A stretch of 64,000 nucleotides of DNA from Rubripirellula sp. (GTDB lineage Bacteria; Planctomycetota; Planctomycetia; Pirellulales; Pirellulaceae). The notes beneath the pieces are model-generated. The model worked only from the letters and a program-made list of their open reading frames with translations, did not search any database and was not told where the DNA came from. Location of the stretch: positions 1,120,001 to 1,184,000 of the forward strand of contig OZ244207.1 of assembly GCA_965216875.1 (NCBI GenBank), given 5' to 3'. Of the stretch, positions 9,884 through 21,367 are shown in pieces. Positions within the stretch are counted from its first letter, which is position 1. Each line of letters opens with the position of its first letter. A program made the position numbers and the translations under genes.

Positions 9884-12763
9884 TCAGCGACTCGATCGAA
9901 GCCGAGGATCGTCCGTTCGTGCAAGTTCTTCATCAAGCCGCTTTCGCAGACGCTTCTTGACCGAGTCATAATCTGCTTCGTGCGCGACGTTTGTCAGCTG
10001 CGCGGGATCCTTGCGGAGGTCGTAAAGTTCTTCGTCAGGCCGTTTGCCGAAAGTGAGTTCCGCGAAGCGAGCAGTTTTCGGTTCCGTGCGGTGGAGTCGC
10101 AGCCATTGCTTTGAGGGTGAAGGGTCGACGTTGTGCGAGAAGGCACCCTGATCGGTCGGCCACGGATTAGTCGAGAAATCATACGCCGGAGGATTGCCAG
10201 GTTTCGCGCCGGTCGGCCAGTTCTCGACACCAAAGTTTCGGATGTACAGATAGTCGGGCGTGCGAATCGCACGAGACGGATTCAAATAGACGTGCTTTTC
10301 CATTCCGGTAAAAACGGCGTCGCGTGTGGCATCGATTTGTCCGGATCGCTTTGAAAAGAGGATCGGCAACAAACTGTTGCCGGTCATTTGCGAGGAGCGT
10401 TTCAAGCCAGCTGATTCGAGGAACGTTGGCGCCAAATCACACAAGCTGACAAAGTCATCAACGATCCGTCCGCTTGGGACGCGTGATCCCCATCGGATGG
10501 CAAGTGGCACACGTGTTCCCATGTCGTAAAGTGTCGCTTTGCAGCGTGGAAAGGGCATTCCGTTGTCGCCACTGACTACCACGATCGTTTGATCCAGTTC
10601 ACCCATCGATTCGAGATGCTCGAGGATCTGCCCCACTTCACGGTCAAATCGCTGGACTTCCCAAAGGTAGTCGGCGACGTCCGATCGAACGGCGTCAACA
10701 TTGGGCAGGCAGTCGGGGACTTTGACCTTGTCGATATCGATGCCGCTGTTTGCACCGACGCCTTGTTCGTAGGGGCGATGGGGATCCTGGCCACCGTGCC
10801 AATAACAAAAGGGCTCGCCTTTCTTTCGGTCCTTCAAGAAGGCTTCAAAGGAGCGGTATCGCTGGCCGAACGAATCCCGATTGCGGAACGTGTGTTTGCT
10901 TGGCCAGACGCCTTTGCCGAACCTGCCAATCCGGTAACCCGCTTTTTGAAGCAGTTCGGTGTAGACATTGTAGTTCTCGCGAAGCGAACCACCGAGACTT
11001 GCGCCCTCCTTGAGCCGCCAGTGATGCTGGCCCGTCAACACGCTCAAGCGACTTGGCGTGCATGAGGGTGTCGACACGAACGCGTTCGAGAACAGCACAC
11101 CCTCGTTGGCGACGCGGTCAAAGTGAGGCGTTTTGACAACTGGGTCGCCGAGGATGCTCGCATGCGGCCAAGACCAATCGTCGGCCATGCAAAACACAAT
11201 GTTTGGGCGTCCGGCTGATAGAGCATTTGGTCGGCGCTCGGCGGACGCGGGAACTTGCCGAGGTGGCGGCAGCGTGGCCCACATCTGTTGGCTGAGTTTG
11301 GTGAGCGTTTGTTTGTTCTCGGCTCGACCCGCGAGGTTTGTGGTCTCTTGAGGATCCTTGCGGTGGTCGTACAGTTCGGTTTCGACGGTCTTTCCCGTTC
11401 GCCGATCCTGCCATTCGACGTAGCGAAAACGGTCGGTCCGCATCGCGTAGCCCATCAAGGTGACTCGACCTCTTCTACGTTGAAACTGGCTAAATGCCGC
11501 CGTTTTCCACGGTTGGTTTGGTGTGGAAAGGAGCGGCAGCATACTGCGACCTTCGAGCAGACTTGGGGTAGGCAGGCCTGACAAATCGCAAAGGGTTGGG
11601 AAGAGGTCGACTAGTTCGACCAACGCGCTGCTCGACTGGCCGTTTCCCTTGGCTTGCGGGGCTCGAATGATCAACGGCACGCGCGTGTCGATCTCGTAGT
11701 TGGTTTGTTTGCACCAGCTGTTGTGTTCGCCCAGCTTCCAACCATGGTCGCTCCAGAGCACCACGATTGTGTTGTCGTGGAGCCCTAGTGTTTGCAACTC
11801 TTCAAGCAGTAGACCGACTTGGGCATCGATGAAGCTGACCGCAGCGTAGTAGCCGTGACGCAAACGCCGTTGTTGTGCTTCGGATAGCGAACCGACATCG
11901 GGGCGCGGCGTGCCATAGAAATCCATGTAGTCGCGCAGTTCGTACATCGTGTTCATCGCCAGCGGTGGCGCACCGACGGGAAGGGCGCGGTTGTCGGCGA
12001 GCGGGATCTCGTCGCGGTCATACATCTCCCAATATTTGCGAGGCACAACAAAGGGAAGGTGCGGCCGAACAAACCCGGCGGCCAGAAAGAACGGCTGATC
12101 TTGTTCTGCCAGTTCCTTCATCGCTCGAAGGGTTTGTTGAGTGATCCCGCCGTCGATGTGCTGGTGGTCTTCGAGGTCGACAATCTCAGTCGCCGGGGCT
12201 CGCATCCGGTTAATCTGTTGCGGAGTCTTGCCGTCCGTTCGCATCCCATCCTTGAAGTCTCTGAGTCGTTTCTGGGCGGACCTCGACCAAAGCCGCGTTC
12301 CCTGGGGCCATTGATGTGGCTGACTCCAAGATTGGTTGTCTGGCCACGGATTGTGAAAAATCTTGCCAAACGAAACCGCCCGGTAGCCGTTCTGTTTGAA
12401 GTGCGCCGGCAGGGTGAGCGTGTCGGGCATCGTTTCACGAAATCGCGTTCGCAGGTCCCAGACCTTGGTTGTGTCAGGACGCAGTCCGGTCAGCACGCTG
12501 ACTCGCGAGGGATTGCAAACGGCAAGTTGGCAATAGGCTCGTTCGAATCTCACTCCGCTCGAAGCCAAGCGATCAATCGCCGGAGTCTTGATCGCGTCGA
12601 CGCCGTAGCATCCCAATTCGGGACGCAGGTCATCGATCGCGATGAAGAGCACGTTGGGCCGTACGAGATCGGCACCGACACAGCTTGTCGATTGATGAGT
12701 GATCGCCGCTGGCAGCAGCGCCGCGGCAAAGAAGAAGGCGTTTAGTCTCATCGACGCAAACAT
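9884..12763 (-). CDS. Secreted tandem (two-domain) formylglycine-dependent sulfatase
   Basis: Two complete sulfatase modules: PNVLFIAIDDLR...CNPSR and PNIVFCMADDW...CTPSR. Confidence 0.92.
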   Translation of the reverse strand: MFASMRLNAFFFAAALLPAAITHQSTSCVGADLVRPNVLFIAIDDLRPELGCYGVDAIKTPAIDRLASSGVRFERAYCQLAVCNPSRVSVLTGLRPDTTKVWDLRTRFRETMPDTLTLPAHFKQNGYRAVSFGKIFHNPWPDNQSWSQPHQWPQGTRLWSRSAQKRLRDFKDGMRTDGKTPQQINRMRAPATEIVDLEDHQHIDGGITQQTLRAMKELAEQDQPFFLAAGFVRPHLPFVVPRKYWEMYDRDEIPLADNRALPVGAPPLAMNTMYELRDYMDFYGTPRPDVGSLSEAQQRRLRHGYYAAVSFIDAQVGLLLEELQTLGLHDNTIVVLWSDHGWKLGEHNSWCKQTNYEIDTRVPLIIRAPQAKGNGQSSSALVELVDLFPTLCDLSGLPTPSLLEGRSMLPLLSTPNQPWKTAAFSQFQRRRGRVTLMGYAMRTDRFRYVEWQDRRTGKTVETELYDHRKDPQETTNLAGRAENKQTLTKLSQQMWATLPPPRQVPASAERRPNALSAGRPNIVFCMADDWSWPHASILGDPVVKTPHFDRVANEGVLFSNAFVSTPSCTPSRLSVLTGQHHWRLKEGASLGGSLRENYNVYTELLQKAGYRIGRFGKGVWPSKHTFRNRDSFGQRYRSFEAFLKDRKKGEPFCYWHGGQDPHRPYEQGVGANSGIDIDKVKVPDCLPNVDAVRSDVADYLWEVQRFDREVGQILEHLESMGELDQTIVVVSGDNGMPFPRCKATLYDMGTRVPLAIRWGSRVPSGRIVDDFVSLCDLAPTFLESAGLKRSSQMTGNSLLPILFSKRSGQIDATRDAVFTGMEKHVYLNPSRAIRTPDYLYIRNFGVENWPTGAKPGNPPAYDFSTNPWPTDQGAFSHNVDPSPSKQWLRLHRTEPKTARFAELTFGKRPDEELYDLRKDPAQLTNVAHEADYDSVKKRLRKRLDEELARTDDPRLRSSR

Positions 12764-12853
12764 CCCGAAGGGCGGGGCGGGGAAGGGGCGAGACTTCCCA
12801 GCTTAACCGATGCGGGCTGCGACGATTGCGTTACGCCAATCAATACCCTTGGA

Positions 12854-13816
12854 TCAATACTCCTCGATCACTTCCTTGCCATTGCGGGTGGCGAGCGCAT
12901 CGTAGACTTCGGCGTCAATGTTCTCTGTGATTGCTCGAACCGATCCATCGCAGAGAACAAACTGGCAAAGTCCCGAGTGCGGAGCGGAAAGGCCTTTGTC
13001 GTCGCCATCAAGTTGGTTCGGACGGAACTGTGTTTCGAACAGAACCATGTGGCCGTGGTCATCGGTGTACTCGGTGACTTCACGTACCGCGGCGATCCAA
13101 GCGTTTTCGAATTCCGAGTGTCCGCCTGCCGTGGTTGTGCTTGAGGGGATGGGGCCGTTGTGACGTTCGCCGAACGCGAGCGTATTGGAAAGTCCGTCCA
13201 TCACCGCCGAGACTCGGGTGAAGCTGTTTCGGTAAAACACACCGCGGCTCTGGGTCGGAGTCGCGTCGAGGTTGATCGTGTCGTCAGCCGGCCCCCAGTT
13301 TGCTGCGTACGTCGAACAAGCGTAGCGTTCGATGGGCGTGACCGAATCGTCGCGGACGACATACCAGTTGGGCGAGTAGGTATCGCTGGGGCAAAGGAAG
13401 ACGGGAAGGTGGACCTCTCGAACCGCTCGGTTGGCATCGTGCCAAATCGGGACTTCGAAGTTGATCTGTTCGTAAAGTCCGCCTTCCTCAAGTTGCGGAA
13501 GCATGGCCGCGCCCCAAGCCAAGCCCATATGGTTGGCTTGCTCTTCGGCGGACCCAGCTGGCCCATACTTATGAAGGTAGCCAGCAGGGAAATGTTTGAA
13601 GGCCGACTCGTAATTGTGCAACGCGAGTCCAATTTGCTTCATGTTGTTTTGGCACGACATGCGACGCGCCGCTTCGCGGGCAGCGCCGACGGCCGGAAGT
13701 AGCAGGGCGACCAGGATGCCGATAATGGAGATCACGACAAGGATTTCGACGAGTGTGAACCCACTCGCTCGCTTTTTCGATCGGGCGATCGTTCGGTGGT
13801 TTAGTTGATCAATCAT
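12854..13816 (-). CDS. DUF1559 prepilin-type N-terminal cleavage/methylation protein
   Basis: GFTLVEILVVISIIGILVALLLPAV..AREAARRMSCQNNMKQIGLALHNY; DGLSNT; C-terminal H-x9-DG (HSGLCQFVLCDG). Confidence 0.93.
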   Translation of the reverse strand: MIDQLNHRTIARSKKRASGFTLVEILVVISIIGILVALLLPAVGAAREAARRMSCQNNMKQIGLALHNYESAFKHFPAGYLHKYGPAGSAEEQANHMGLAWGAAMLPQLEEGGLYEQINFEVPIWHDANRAVREVHLPVFLCPSDTYSPNWYVVRDDSVTPIERYACSTYAANWGPADDTINLDATPTQSRGVFYRNSFTRVSAVMDGLSNTLAFGERHNGPIPSSTTTAGGHSEFENAWIAAVREVTEYTDDHGHMVLFETQFRPNQLDGDDKGLSAPHSGLCQFVLCDGSVRAITENIDAEVYDALATRNGKEVIEEY

Positions 13817-13852
13817 GGGGTCATCCAGTTGGAATCAGAATCCGAGATAAGT

Positions 13853-15955
13853 TCAGTCTTTGCGTACGATGAATTCAAAATTATGGGTGCCTTCCCCGAG
13901 CGCTACCTTCGAAACGGCAACGCGAAATCCGCCTGCGGCTGAGAGCGAATCTGGGATTGAAGCTTTGAAGGTTGCCGAATTGTTTTCGTGCTGAGCGACA
14001 AAGGTCACGGCGACCGGTTGATCTTCCTCATTCTCAGTACGCGAAATCAGCCCATTGATTTCCGCCGCGGGAATGGGGAATTCGGTCCAGGCGCCTTCGC
14101 TCGTTTCGGTGAGCAGGTGAAAGGTGATCGTGCCATCGGAGATCGGCATGACTTCGGCGTGAAACAGTTGCTCGCCTGTTTGATGAGTGGTGTGGCCGAT
14201 CGCTACGATCTGGCCTCCGTGAGGCGCGTCGGCATGCCGATGCCCATGATCATGTGGGTGCGAGTGCGCTCCCTCAAAGTCGTCGTGCTCGTGGTCATGA
14301 GCGACACCGTCGGCATGAACATGACGGTGCTGGTGTTCGACATCCTCTTGCGTGTTGATGCTTTGATTCAAACGCGTTTCGTGGGGCGAGCGGTCTTGAT
14401 CGCGGTAGGACCGAACCCAACGTGTATTGGTTTTCAGCAGGTCGGAAACGAGGGCTCGCGTCGCCTCGATGTCGACCGGGTCATGCGCAAGTTCGTGTTC
14501 GAGGGCTTCAAGCTTCTTGCGAATCAAATAGCCCTGCATCCGTTGATAGGGTCTCAATTCACCGCGTCGAATGAGCGTTCCAACCTCGAGTCGACGGCTC
14601 CATTCGTCCCAAATCGGAATCCAGAACATTGCATGTTCAGCGTTGCCGCTATTGGCGGCCGAGAGCGTTTCTGCGCGTGCAACCTTGATCTCTTCGAGCG
14701 ATTCCTCGGCCGACGGATAAAACGCATAGCACATTACGATGCTGAGCGCAATCAGGCCGACGAGCATCGTGGCGCCAACGGCTTGCGGCCCAACGTTCCT
14801 GTCAAACGAACCGACGCGTCCTGCATCTTTTCCGGCCGATGCGTTCCAGGATTCCAGCTTGGCCTCGTCGAGTCCGAATGCTCGAAACAGAAGCCCCAAC
14901 ACGACCAACAACGCCATCGCGCTCAACGCAACGGCCTCACCGATGTCGATGTCCTTTTTGAGCTTGTCAGTGATGAGTCTCGACGAAAGTGTATCGAGGT
15001 TGTGAACCGGGTTGGTGTAGATATCGAACGCGTGCGTGTGGTCAAACGGTTCGGCACCGGGTGGGAAAAGAGGTTTGTTGATGGCGTAGGCGATGCCGAC
15101 GACGATCAGCAATAGCGAGCCTAGCCAGATGCCGACGGAGCGACCGCCGAAGGTCTTGCCGAACCATATGAGGGTTGCAAGGTTGGCGCCGGTGCCAAGT
15201 ACCAACAAAACGAATGCCGCCCCTGGCGAATTGGCGTGTTGGAACATCATGCCAAGCTGACTCATTGCCAACATCGGCGTTGCGTAGGCTGGCAGAGCAA
15301 CCGCGGTCATCTTGGCCGGCGCGAGCCAGTCGTCGCGATTGACTTCACTTTGCAGCGTTCCCCACGGAAGCACGGCGGCAAGGAGCACCAATCCCAGGAG
15401 CCCCACGATTGCCCAGCCGCCTGATCGACCAGCCAATTCGCGTGTGATTTGGACGAGAATTGCGAGCAGGCGTGTGACGCCAATCACCTCGCTGTCTTTC
15501 ACGTCGTCGGCCCGATCGTCTTCGGATTGGGATACACGCCGGTCCCATACGACGCCGACCAAAGTCACAACGATCAATGATCCGAATGCAAAGAAAAGGA
15601 TCACGTAGGGTCGCGCCAGCGTCAGCCCATAAAGCAGCGACAGCGGATTGAACAGCGGTGCGGCGAGTGCGAACGCACTCATTGCACCCGGCTTGATGCG
15701 ACAGCGCCGCATCTCAAAAAGGATGGGCAGAACACCGATCGAGCAGACGGGCAACAGCATGCCGACTGCCCAAGATTGCGGCAGGCTTCGCAAAGAATCA
15801 CCGCCAAACAGCTTACGCGTGCCCTCTTTGCCGAGGTAGTAGCGAAGGACAGCGGCGATCAGCAAACCGACCAGCAAGGTTGGCGTTGCTGAGATTGCGC
15901 CTTCGAGCAGACGGATGAATCCGCCCACGGTCGCTTTGGTCAACCAATCGCTCAT
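13853..15955 (-). CDS. Predicted permease (ArsP/DUF318-like) with a His-rich C-terminal extension
   Basis: [10 protein letters not shown]...[11 protein letters not shown] permease motif, many TM helices, HDH-rich tail followed by APHGG. Confidence 0.75.
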   Translation of the reverse strand: MSDWLTKATVGGFIRLLEGAISATPTLLVGLLIAAVLRYYLGKEGTRKLFGGDSLRSLPQSWAVGMLLPVCSIGVLPILFEMRRCRIKPGAMSAFALAAPLFNPLSLLYGLTLARPYVILFFAFGSLIVVTLVGVVWDRRVSQSEDDRADDVKDSEVIGVTRLLAILVQITRELAGRSGGWAIVGLLGLVLLAAVLPWGTLQSEVNRDDWLAPAKMTAVALPAYATPMLAMSQLGMMFQHANSPGAAFVLLVLGTGANLATLIWFGKTFGGRSVGIWLGSLLLIVVGIAYAINKPLFPPGAEPFDHTHAFDIYTNPVHNLDTLSSRLITDKLKKDIDIGEAVALSAMALLVVLGLLFRAFGLDEAKLESWNASAGKDAGRVGSFDRNVGPQAVGATMLVGLIALSIVMCYAFYPSAEESLEEIKVARAETLSAANSGNAEHAMFWIPIWDEWSRRLEVGTLIRRGELRPYQRMQGYLIRKKLEALEHELAHDPVDIEATRALVSDLLKTNTRWVRSYRDQDRSPHETRLNQSINTQEDVEHQHRHVHADGVAHDHEHDDFEGAHSHPHDHGHRHADAPHGGQIVAIGHTTHQTGEQLFHAEVMPISDGTITFHLLTETSEGAWTEFPIPAAEINGLISRTENEEDQPVAVTFVAQHENNSATFKASIPDSLSAAGGFRVAVSKVALGEGTHNFEFIVRKD

Positions 15956-16659
15956 GAATCACCCTCGACTTTGTCGCTAGGGTGCTCGTGGTCATCATGG
16001 TCGTGGTCGTGGCCATGATCGTGATCACCGTGCGCATGATCATGATCATGATCATGATCATGCCCGTGTCCGTGCTCGCCGTGATCATGCCCGTGCTCGC
16101 CGTGGGGATGTCCATGCTCGTGCGAATGCCCATGGTCGTGATCGTGCCCATGGTCGCCGTGATCATGCCCATGCCCATGATCGTGATCATGATGATGGTG
16201 CCCGTGAGGCTGGAACCGACCGGCCCGTCGTTCGTCCTCCGGCAATTGGCTCCATGCAGCGTCGATCAACACACATAGGCTCTCGGCCTTTTGAACGCTC
16301 TCGTCGTCCCAAGTGCCATCGTTGTCGAGCAGACGAAGTCTCAACGATTCGCTTGCTTGGTAGATCGGATCCCACTGCTTTTCGGGCATGCTTGTGTCGG
16401 CTGCAAACTCAGGCGTCCACGAAACCAAGTCAACCAACTCGGAGGCCGCTTCTTCGCTCTTGAGGTTCGCGAGCCGCCGGCGGATCTTTGTTGACGTGTC
16501 ACCAAGGCTCTCGGGCCAATGATGAGGAGTGTCGTGGCTGTGATCGTGCAGCGATGTCTTCTCTGGGTCGCTCGAGCACCCGCCGGCGCAGACGGCGATC
16601 GCAACCGAAAAAACGATCGCGAGATTCAAAGGGAAAGATGTTCGATTGCTGGGCATCAT
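15952..16659 (-). CDS. His-rich lipoprotein, putative metal-binding
   Basis: Start overlaps the MoxR stop (ATGA); lipobox-like CAGGC; long (HD/HG)n C-terminal tail. Confidence 0.8.
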   Translation of the reverse strand: MMPSNRTSFPLNLAIVFSVAIAVCAGGCSSDPEKTSLHDHSHDTPHHWPESLGDTSTKIRRRLANLKSEEAASELVDLVSWTPEFAADTSMPEKQWDPIYQASESLRLRLLDNDGTWDDESVQKAESLCVLIDAAWSQLPEDERRAGRFQPHGHHHHDHDHGHGHDHGDHGHDHDHGHSHEHGHPHGEHGHDHGEHGHGHDHDHDHDHAHGDHDHGHDHDHDDHEHPSDKVEGDS

Positions 16660-17627
16660 CGGTACTCTGGTACTGGTACGTCGTCCATGATCTTTGAGAT
16701 GACGCTCTCGACGTCGCCGCCTGTGGTGAGCAATCGGACGGACAAGACGGGACGGGCGACATGTGCAATGTCGCTGGGCGTGACAAAATCTCGCTGATTC
16801 ACGACGGCCCAAGCTTGGGCGATGCGTTGCCAGTGCAGCATGCCACGGGGACTGACGCCAAGTTGAATCGAAGAGTCGTTGCGTGTCGCTTCGACGAGAT
16901 CGACAAGGTATTCGCGAACGCGCGGGTGGACGGTGATTCGCGAGCTGTGTTGTTGCAGCCGAGCAAGCTCATCAAGCGGCAACACAGGTTCGAGGTCCAA
17001 GTTGTCGTGCGTGCCGCTCGCGGCAGACTCCAAAATCTCGAGCTGAGCGGAGCGATCGGGATAGCCAATTTCGAGCTTGATGGAGAAGCGATCGAGCTGG
17101 GCCTCGGGCAACGGGTAAGCGCCGTGCGAGTCGATTGGGTTCTGTGTCGCGATGACAAAGAAGGTGTCGGCAAGCGTGTGCGGCACAGCGTCAATGGTGA
17201 CTTGCCGTTCGGCCATCGCTTCGAGCAACGCACTTTGCGTTCGCGGGGTGGTGCGATTCAGCTCGTCGGCCAGCATCACATCAGCAAAGACAGGGCCCGG
17301 GTGAAACTCGAACTCGCGAGATTTTTGGTTAAACAGGTTGAACCCCGTCACGTCCGTTGGAAGCAAGTCGGGCGTGCACTGGATTCGTGCTAAACGGCCA
17401 CCGAGACAGGCCGCCAACGCCTTGGCCAGCGTCGTTTTTCCTGTTCCGGGAAGGTCATCAAGCAAGAGGTGACCACGAGCGAGCAAGCAGGCGATCACGA
17501 GGTCGATTTGATCCGATTTGCCTAGCAGGACACGTCCGAGTTGCTGGCGGAGTGCGGCGAGGTGGTTTTCCAAGTCTTGCGCTTGAACTGGGATCGGCGT
17601 TTCTTGTTCTTTTGTCATAGCGTTCAT
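16656..17627 (-). CDS. MoxR-family AAA+ ATPase
   Basis: [64 protein letters not shown]. Confidence 0.95.
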   Translation of the reverse strand: MNAMTKEQETPIPVQAQDLENHLAALRQQLGRVLLGKSDQIDLVIACLLARGHLLLDDLPGTGKTTLAKALAACLGGRLARIQCTPDLLPTDVTGFNLFNQKSREFEFHPGPVFADVMLADELNRTTPRTQSALLEAMAERQVTIDAVPHTLADTFFVIATQNPIDSHGAYPLPEAQLDRFSIKLEIGYPDRSAQLEILESAASGTHDNLDLEPVLPLDELARLQQHSSRITVHPRVREYLVDLVEATRNDSSIQLGVSPRGMLHWQRIAQAWAVVNQRDFVTPSDIAHVARPVLSVRLLTTGGDVESVISKIMDDVPVPEYR

Positions 17628-20062
17628 GCGCGGACTCCTTGTTGCGAAATCTCCTCAAATGTGCCCCGCGAGATGTAGCGAGTCGTGATCTGTCGGACGA
17701 GCAGATTGGCTGGGGCGGACCAGTCTGCGACGACCTTGCCGCCAAAGACGAGACGGTCAGCGGCGTTGCAGCATTCAACAGCGCTCGCGGCGAGTTGATC
17801 GTCGCTCCGTGTAAGCAAAAGCAACCAGTCGCGCTGAGGCATTCCCGTACGTCTAGGTTTACCCGCCAAGACCGCGCGCCATTGCAGGATTCCAAGCAGC
17901 ACTCGAACACGTTGTCGATCCGGAAGCACCCGACCGAACAACCATGCACTTCGAGCGGCAAGTTCAAACCAAAGGACGCGGGTGAAGTAGACAAACACGA
18001 TCAACAATGCGATCGACAGAGCTTCTTTCCAATGTGCTGCGGCATACCGTTTGGCCAACAACCAATTTGATGGATGGTATTTCGGTTGCCGATAACCCGG
18101 GGTTGGCTCGACTTCCATCCAGCGTCCGTCTTTCAGTTGAACCTCGGTCCAAGTGTGGACGTCTTCGGCGACAACCGAGGCATGGCCCTGGCCAACATCG
18201 AGGGCGCTGGGGCGAACATAGAAACCAGAGACCAGTCGTGTGTTCAAGCCGATGGCTCGTCCCATTTCGGCCGCTGCCGTGGCGAACAGGTGGTCGCCAC
18301 CACGTTTGGATACGAAGAAACGTTCAAGCGGGTCGTCGCTATCGGAGTCGGCTTGACGATCAAATTCAAACTCGTCGCGAAGGTGTTCGACGATCGCCTG
18401 CAATTGCCGGTACTCGTTCGTTTCGCCGGCGGTCAGCTCCTTTGCCAACTTAGCAGCCAGAAGGCGGCCTGCGGTTTCCGTTTTTTGATCGACCGGTTCT
18501 TGGTTTCGATTCAAGCGGCGAATCTTCGGAAGCGATTCGACTTGCTTCAAGTAGGCTTGGCGATCAGCCAACGCATTCTCTTCGAGCAAGTCATCTTCCA
18601 TCACCTTCGATGCCGCCATGTGAATGATCGTCAGTGGCGGGATCTTGACGCGGCCCGGCATGTAAAGTGAACCGTCGTCTTCGATGCCAAAGAAGTCACG
18701 TCGCTGGATATCCTTGATGTAGACACCGCCGGTCATCATCGGAGCCGGAATGCGGGTCGAATCGAGACGCATGACCTTGAGGATGCCGCCATGGCGAAAG
18801 AGTTCCTTGCCCTTGGCGAGTCGGCTGGCTTGTTCTGGGGAAAAAAACCAATCCTCTTCGCCGAGCTTCACGAGCTTCAACTGTTCTCGTTTCCAACTCC
18901 TGTCTTGCGACCAAAGGACGCCATCAAAGGTGTCGTAGCGATTCATTGCCAACCGAATGCCGGTCGGACCGATCCATTGCACGACAGCGGGCTCTTTGGC
19001 GTCACTGAGGTGTTGGTGGGGAATCGGTTTGTCGCGCGACGTCGAAAAGGAACTGCCGCCACGCTCGCTCTTTGCAGTACGCTGGTGCGCCTCGATGATC
19101 TTCTCGGGCGTCATCCCCTGACGTTTTTCCCAGATCTGTTTCAGCTTGGGTTGTCCGAGCGAATCACTGAACATGTCGTAGAGTGTCGATTCGGTCGACT
19201 CCAAGAAGAGTTCCGATTCAACGGCGCCAAACGACTCGGCGTGGTCCTTGGCAGCGATCGCCGCATCGCCACTCCCAACGCCCGATCGAGCGGCGGGGTC
19301 GGACCAGCTTGAGCCACCACTGGCTGGCATGATGCCCCAGGTGAATCGATCGGCTTTGGAAGCGCGACCATGGATCATCCAGCCGCCAAACACGAACACC
19401 GCGAGTCCAATGAGCACGGTCAACGGTTGAACTCGAACGCTTCGTCGCACTTGATCGGGCGTGCATGACGAAACGCGTTCCCAATGATTGGCGACCATGT
19501 GCCAAAGGCAAAACGTGATCCACAGGAGCGCGGGCGTCAGTGCTCGATTGCTGTCCGAAATCATTGCCGTGAACAGAATCAGGAACCCACTGGTGACCAC
19601 CGAGAGGGCCAGGTTGCGACGTGAACGAGCACAGAGTGCAAGTGCGAGTGAGCCGACGCCCAGTGTGGCGATCGCCGACATTTCAAATGGAATCGGCGAG
19701 CCGAGTTGGCGGGCAACGACCGCAAAGAACAGCGGTGTGCCGAGCGATCCGGCAATGCAACCCGTCCGAAGCCGACTCGGCTTGTTGTAGAGAAAGATGA
19801 GAGCGATGGTGAACGCAGCAATCGATATCAGCTCGGCTGCACACCACGCTCGTGATTCGAATGTAAAACGAAGTAGCCAAACGCCGCCGAGTCCAATGAA
19901 AGCGAGCACGGCGCATTCGATTGCGCGTCGAAGGTCGCCGACGCTCCCATCGCTTGCACTGCCAACACTTGCGCGCTCGACGCGGCTTGCCGTGACCGTC
20001 GATTCGGTCTCGGTGGCGTTGGGTTCGCTTTCTGGACTGCGTTCAGGCAGCGATTGGGACAT
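17624..20062 (-). CDS. Membrane protein with transglutaminase-like (TgpA-like) domain
   Basis: N-terminal TM bundle; C-terminal RLVSGF...DVHTWTEV...GRWMEVEPTP fold motif; partner of MoxR and DUF58. Confidence 0.85.
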   Translation of the reverse strand: MSQSLPERSPESEPNATETESTVTASRVERASVGSASDGSVGDLRRAIECAVLAFIGLGGVWLLRFTFESRAWCAAELISIAAFTIALIFLYNKPSRLRTGCIAGSLGTPLFFAVVARQLGSPIPFEMSAIATLGVGSLALALCARSRRNLALSVVTSGFLILFTAMISDSNRALTPALLWITFCLWHMVANHWERVSSCTPDQVRRSVRVQPLTVLIGLAVFVFGGWMIHGRASKADRFTWGIMPASGGSSWSDPAARSGVGSGDAAIAAKDHAESFGAVESELFLESTESTLYDMFSDSLGQPKLKQIWEKRQGMTPEKIIEAHQRTAKSERGGSSFSTSRDKPIPHQHLSDAKEPAVVQWIGPTGIRLAMNRYDTFDGVLWSQDRSWKREQLKLVKLGEEDWFFSPEQASRLAKGKELFRHGGILKVMRLDSTRIPAPMMTGGVYIKDIQRRDFFGIEDDGSLYMPGRVKIPPLTIIHMAASKVMEDDLLEENALADRQAYLKQVESLPKIRRLNRNQEPVDQKTETAGRLLAAKLAKELTAGETNEYRQLQAIVEHLRDEFEFDRQADSDSDDPLERFFVSKRGGDHLFATAAAEMGRAIGLNTRLVSGFYVRPSALDVGQGHASVVAEDVHTWTEVQLKDGRWMEVEPTPGYRQPKYHPSNWLLAKRYAAAHWKEALSIALLIVFVYFTRVLWFELAARSAWLFGRVLPDRQRVRVLLGILQWRAVLAGKPRRTGMPQRDWLLLLTRSDDQLAASAVECCNAADRLVFGGKVVADWSAPANLLVRQITTRYISRGTFEEISQQGVRA

Positions 20063-21257
20063 AGCCAAACTCCTGCCAGAACGGACTAAGTTGTTTTCCA
20101 AGCGGCTCGTCGCATCGAATCAAAATGCGACGAGAGGTGCTGGATGAACGGGACGTGGCATTGGGGTCGATGATGTCGACCGCGACGAGATCGCCGGTTT
20201 GGCCACCCCGTATTTCGATTGCGATTCGTTGTCGCGACGGTGTTTGCGTTGTTGTTTCGTCAACGCCATCAACAGGCACGCGGGCCAGTGCGTCAAGCAA
20301 CTGGCGGCGACCAAGGTGCCCCGACGCTTGCCGAACGGCTTGGTCGCCAATGGAAACTCGCATCGGTATGTGTGCACCTTGTAAGTGACACACGATACTC
20401 GCGGCGACGCGAATACGATCGGCAAGCGAGTCTCTGGTTTCTCCTTTTCCCACGCTGGGGTCGACGTGCAGATCGATTTCAACGTTCTGTGGACCGCCAC
20501 GTTCGGTCACGATGATCTTTTCGGTTCGAGCCGTCTGGGCCCAGTTGATTTGTCTCGGCGAATCGCCACGTCGAAAGTCGCGAACGCCGACAAAGTCTCC
20601 GCTTCGGCCACCACGCTCGCCGTCACCGATTTCGGCGTTCACCTTTCCGGTCAACGGGCAGGCACCAGCAATGTCGTGGACTTCCGGCCAAACGGTCATC
20701 GGTTTGACCGAGCGCAGCTCGCGACGAGCCGTCCAGATTCCGAAGGGAAACGAGCAGGCGATCTTGGGCGTTTGAACGGGATAGTGCCCACGCAGCGAAG
20801 GCTGCACGGTGATCGCGTAATCGGCAACACAGATCGGCGGCACATGGGAAAGAGCCACGACGGGAAGGGACTCGTCACCTTCACAATCGAGGTAGCCCTC
20901 AACGGCCAGGCCCCAAAGCGGCACCGGGATTCGGTTTCTTACCGAGAAGATCATTCGGCACGACGTGTTCTCGTGGACCGCGTCGACTTCGGGATGCAAC
21001 TCACAGCTCGAGGCCCAAACCGCAATCAGCGGCCAGACCATTCCCACCACAATCACGCCGGCGAGCGCAGCAGCGATCGTCCAGCCAATGGGATTGGCGT
21101 ACATCCCAACGATCACGCTTGCGGCCGTCGCAAGCACGAACCAACCAATGGGTTCTTTCAACCAATAAACAAATCGATTTGCCCAGGGACAGAAGTCGGT
21201 GGTCAGCATTCGAGCTAACCAACTCTGCTTCTGGTGGGCATCGCAAACCGTTGCCAT
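20043..21257 (-). CDS. DUF58 family protein (MoxR partner)
   Basis: RGHY...SFPFGIW, DFVGVRDFRRGDSPRQINWAQTAR; GAGGTG RBS before ATG 21257. Confidence 0.88.
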   Translation of the reverse strand: MATVCDAHQKQSWLARMLTTDFCPWANRFVYWLKEPIGWFVLATAASVIVGMYANPIGWTIAAALAGVIVVGMVWPLIAVWASSCELHPEVDAVHENTSCRMIFSVRNRIPVPLWGLAVEGYLDCEGDESLPVVALSHVPPICVADYAITVQPSLRGHYPVQTPKIACSFPFGIWTARRELRSVKPMTVWPEVHDIAGACPLTGKVNAEIGDGERGGRSGDFVGVRDFRRGDSPRQINWAQTARTEKIIVTERGGPQNVEIDLHVDPSVGKGETRDSLADRIRVAASIVCHLQGAHIPMRVSIGDQAVRQASGHLGRRQLLDALARVPVDGVDETTTQTPSRQRIAIEIRGGQTGDLVAVDIIDPNATSRSSSTSRRILIRCDEPLGKQLSPFWQEFGYVPIAA

Positions 21258-21367
21258 CACACACCTCAACAAGAAATCCGAAAAGGGGCGCACACGGGCT
21301 CAAGGTAGATCTGCGTTCAACAAGGAACGTCAGCAAGGGAGCTTCAAATGTGCGCAGCCGATAGATT

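Noticed and set aside
15813..16278. Met/Ile-rich ORFs (MITIMGM..., MLVVIMVV...)
   Set aside because: They are alternative-frame and antisense readings of the CAT/GAT His-Asp repeat.
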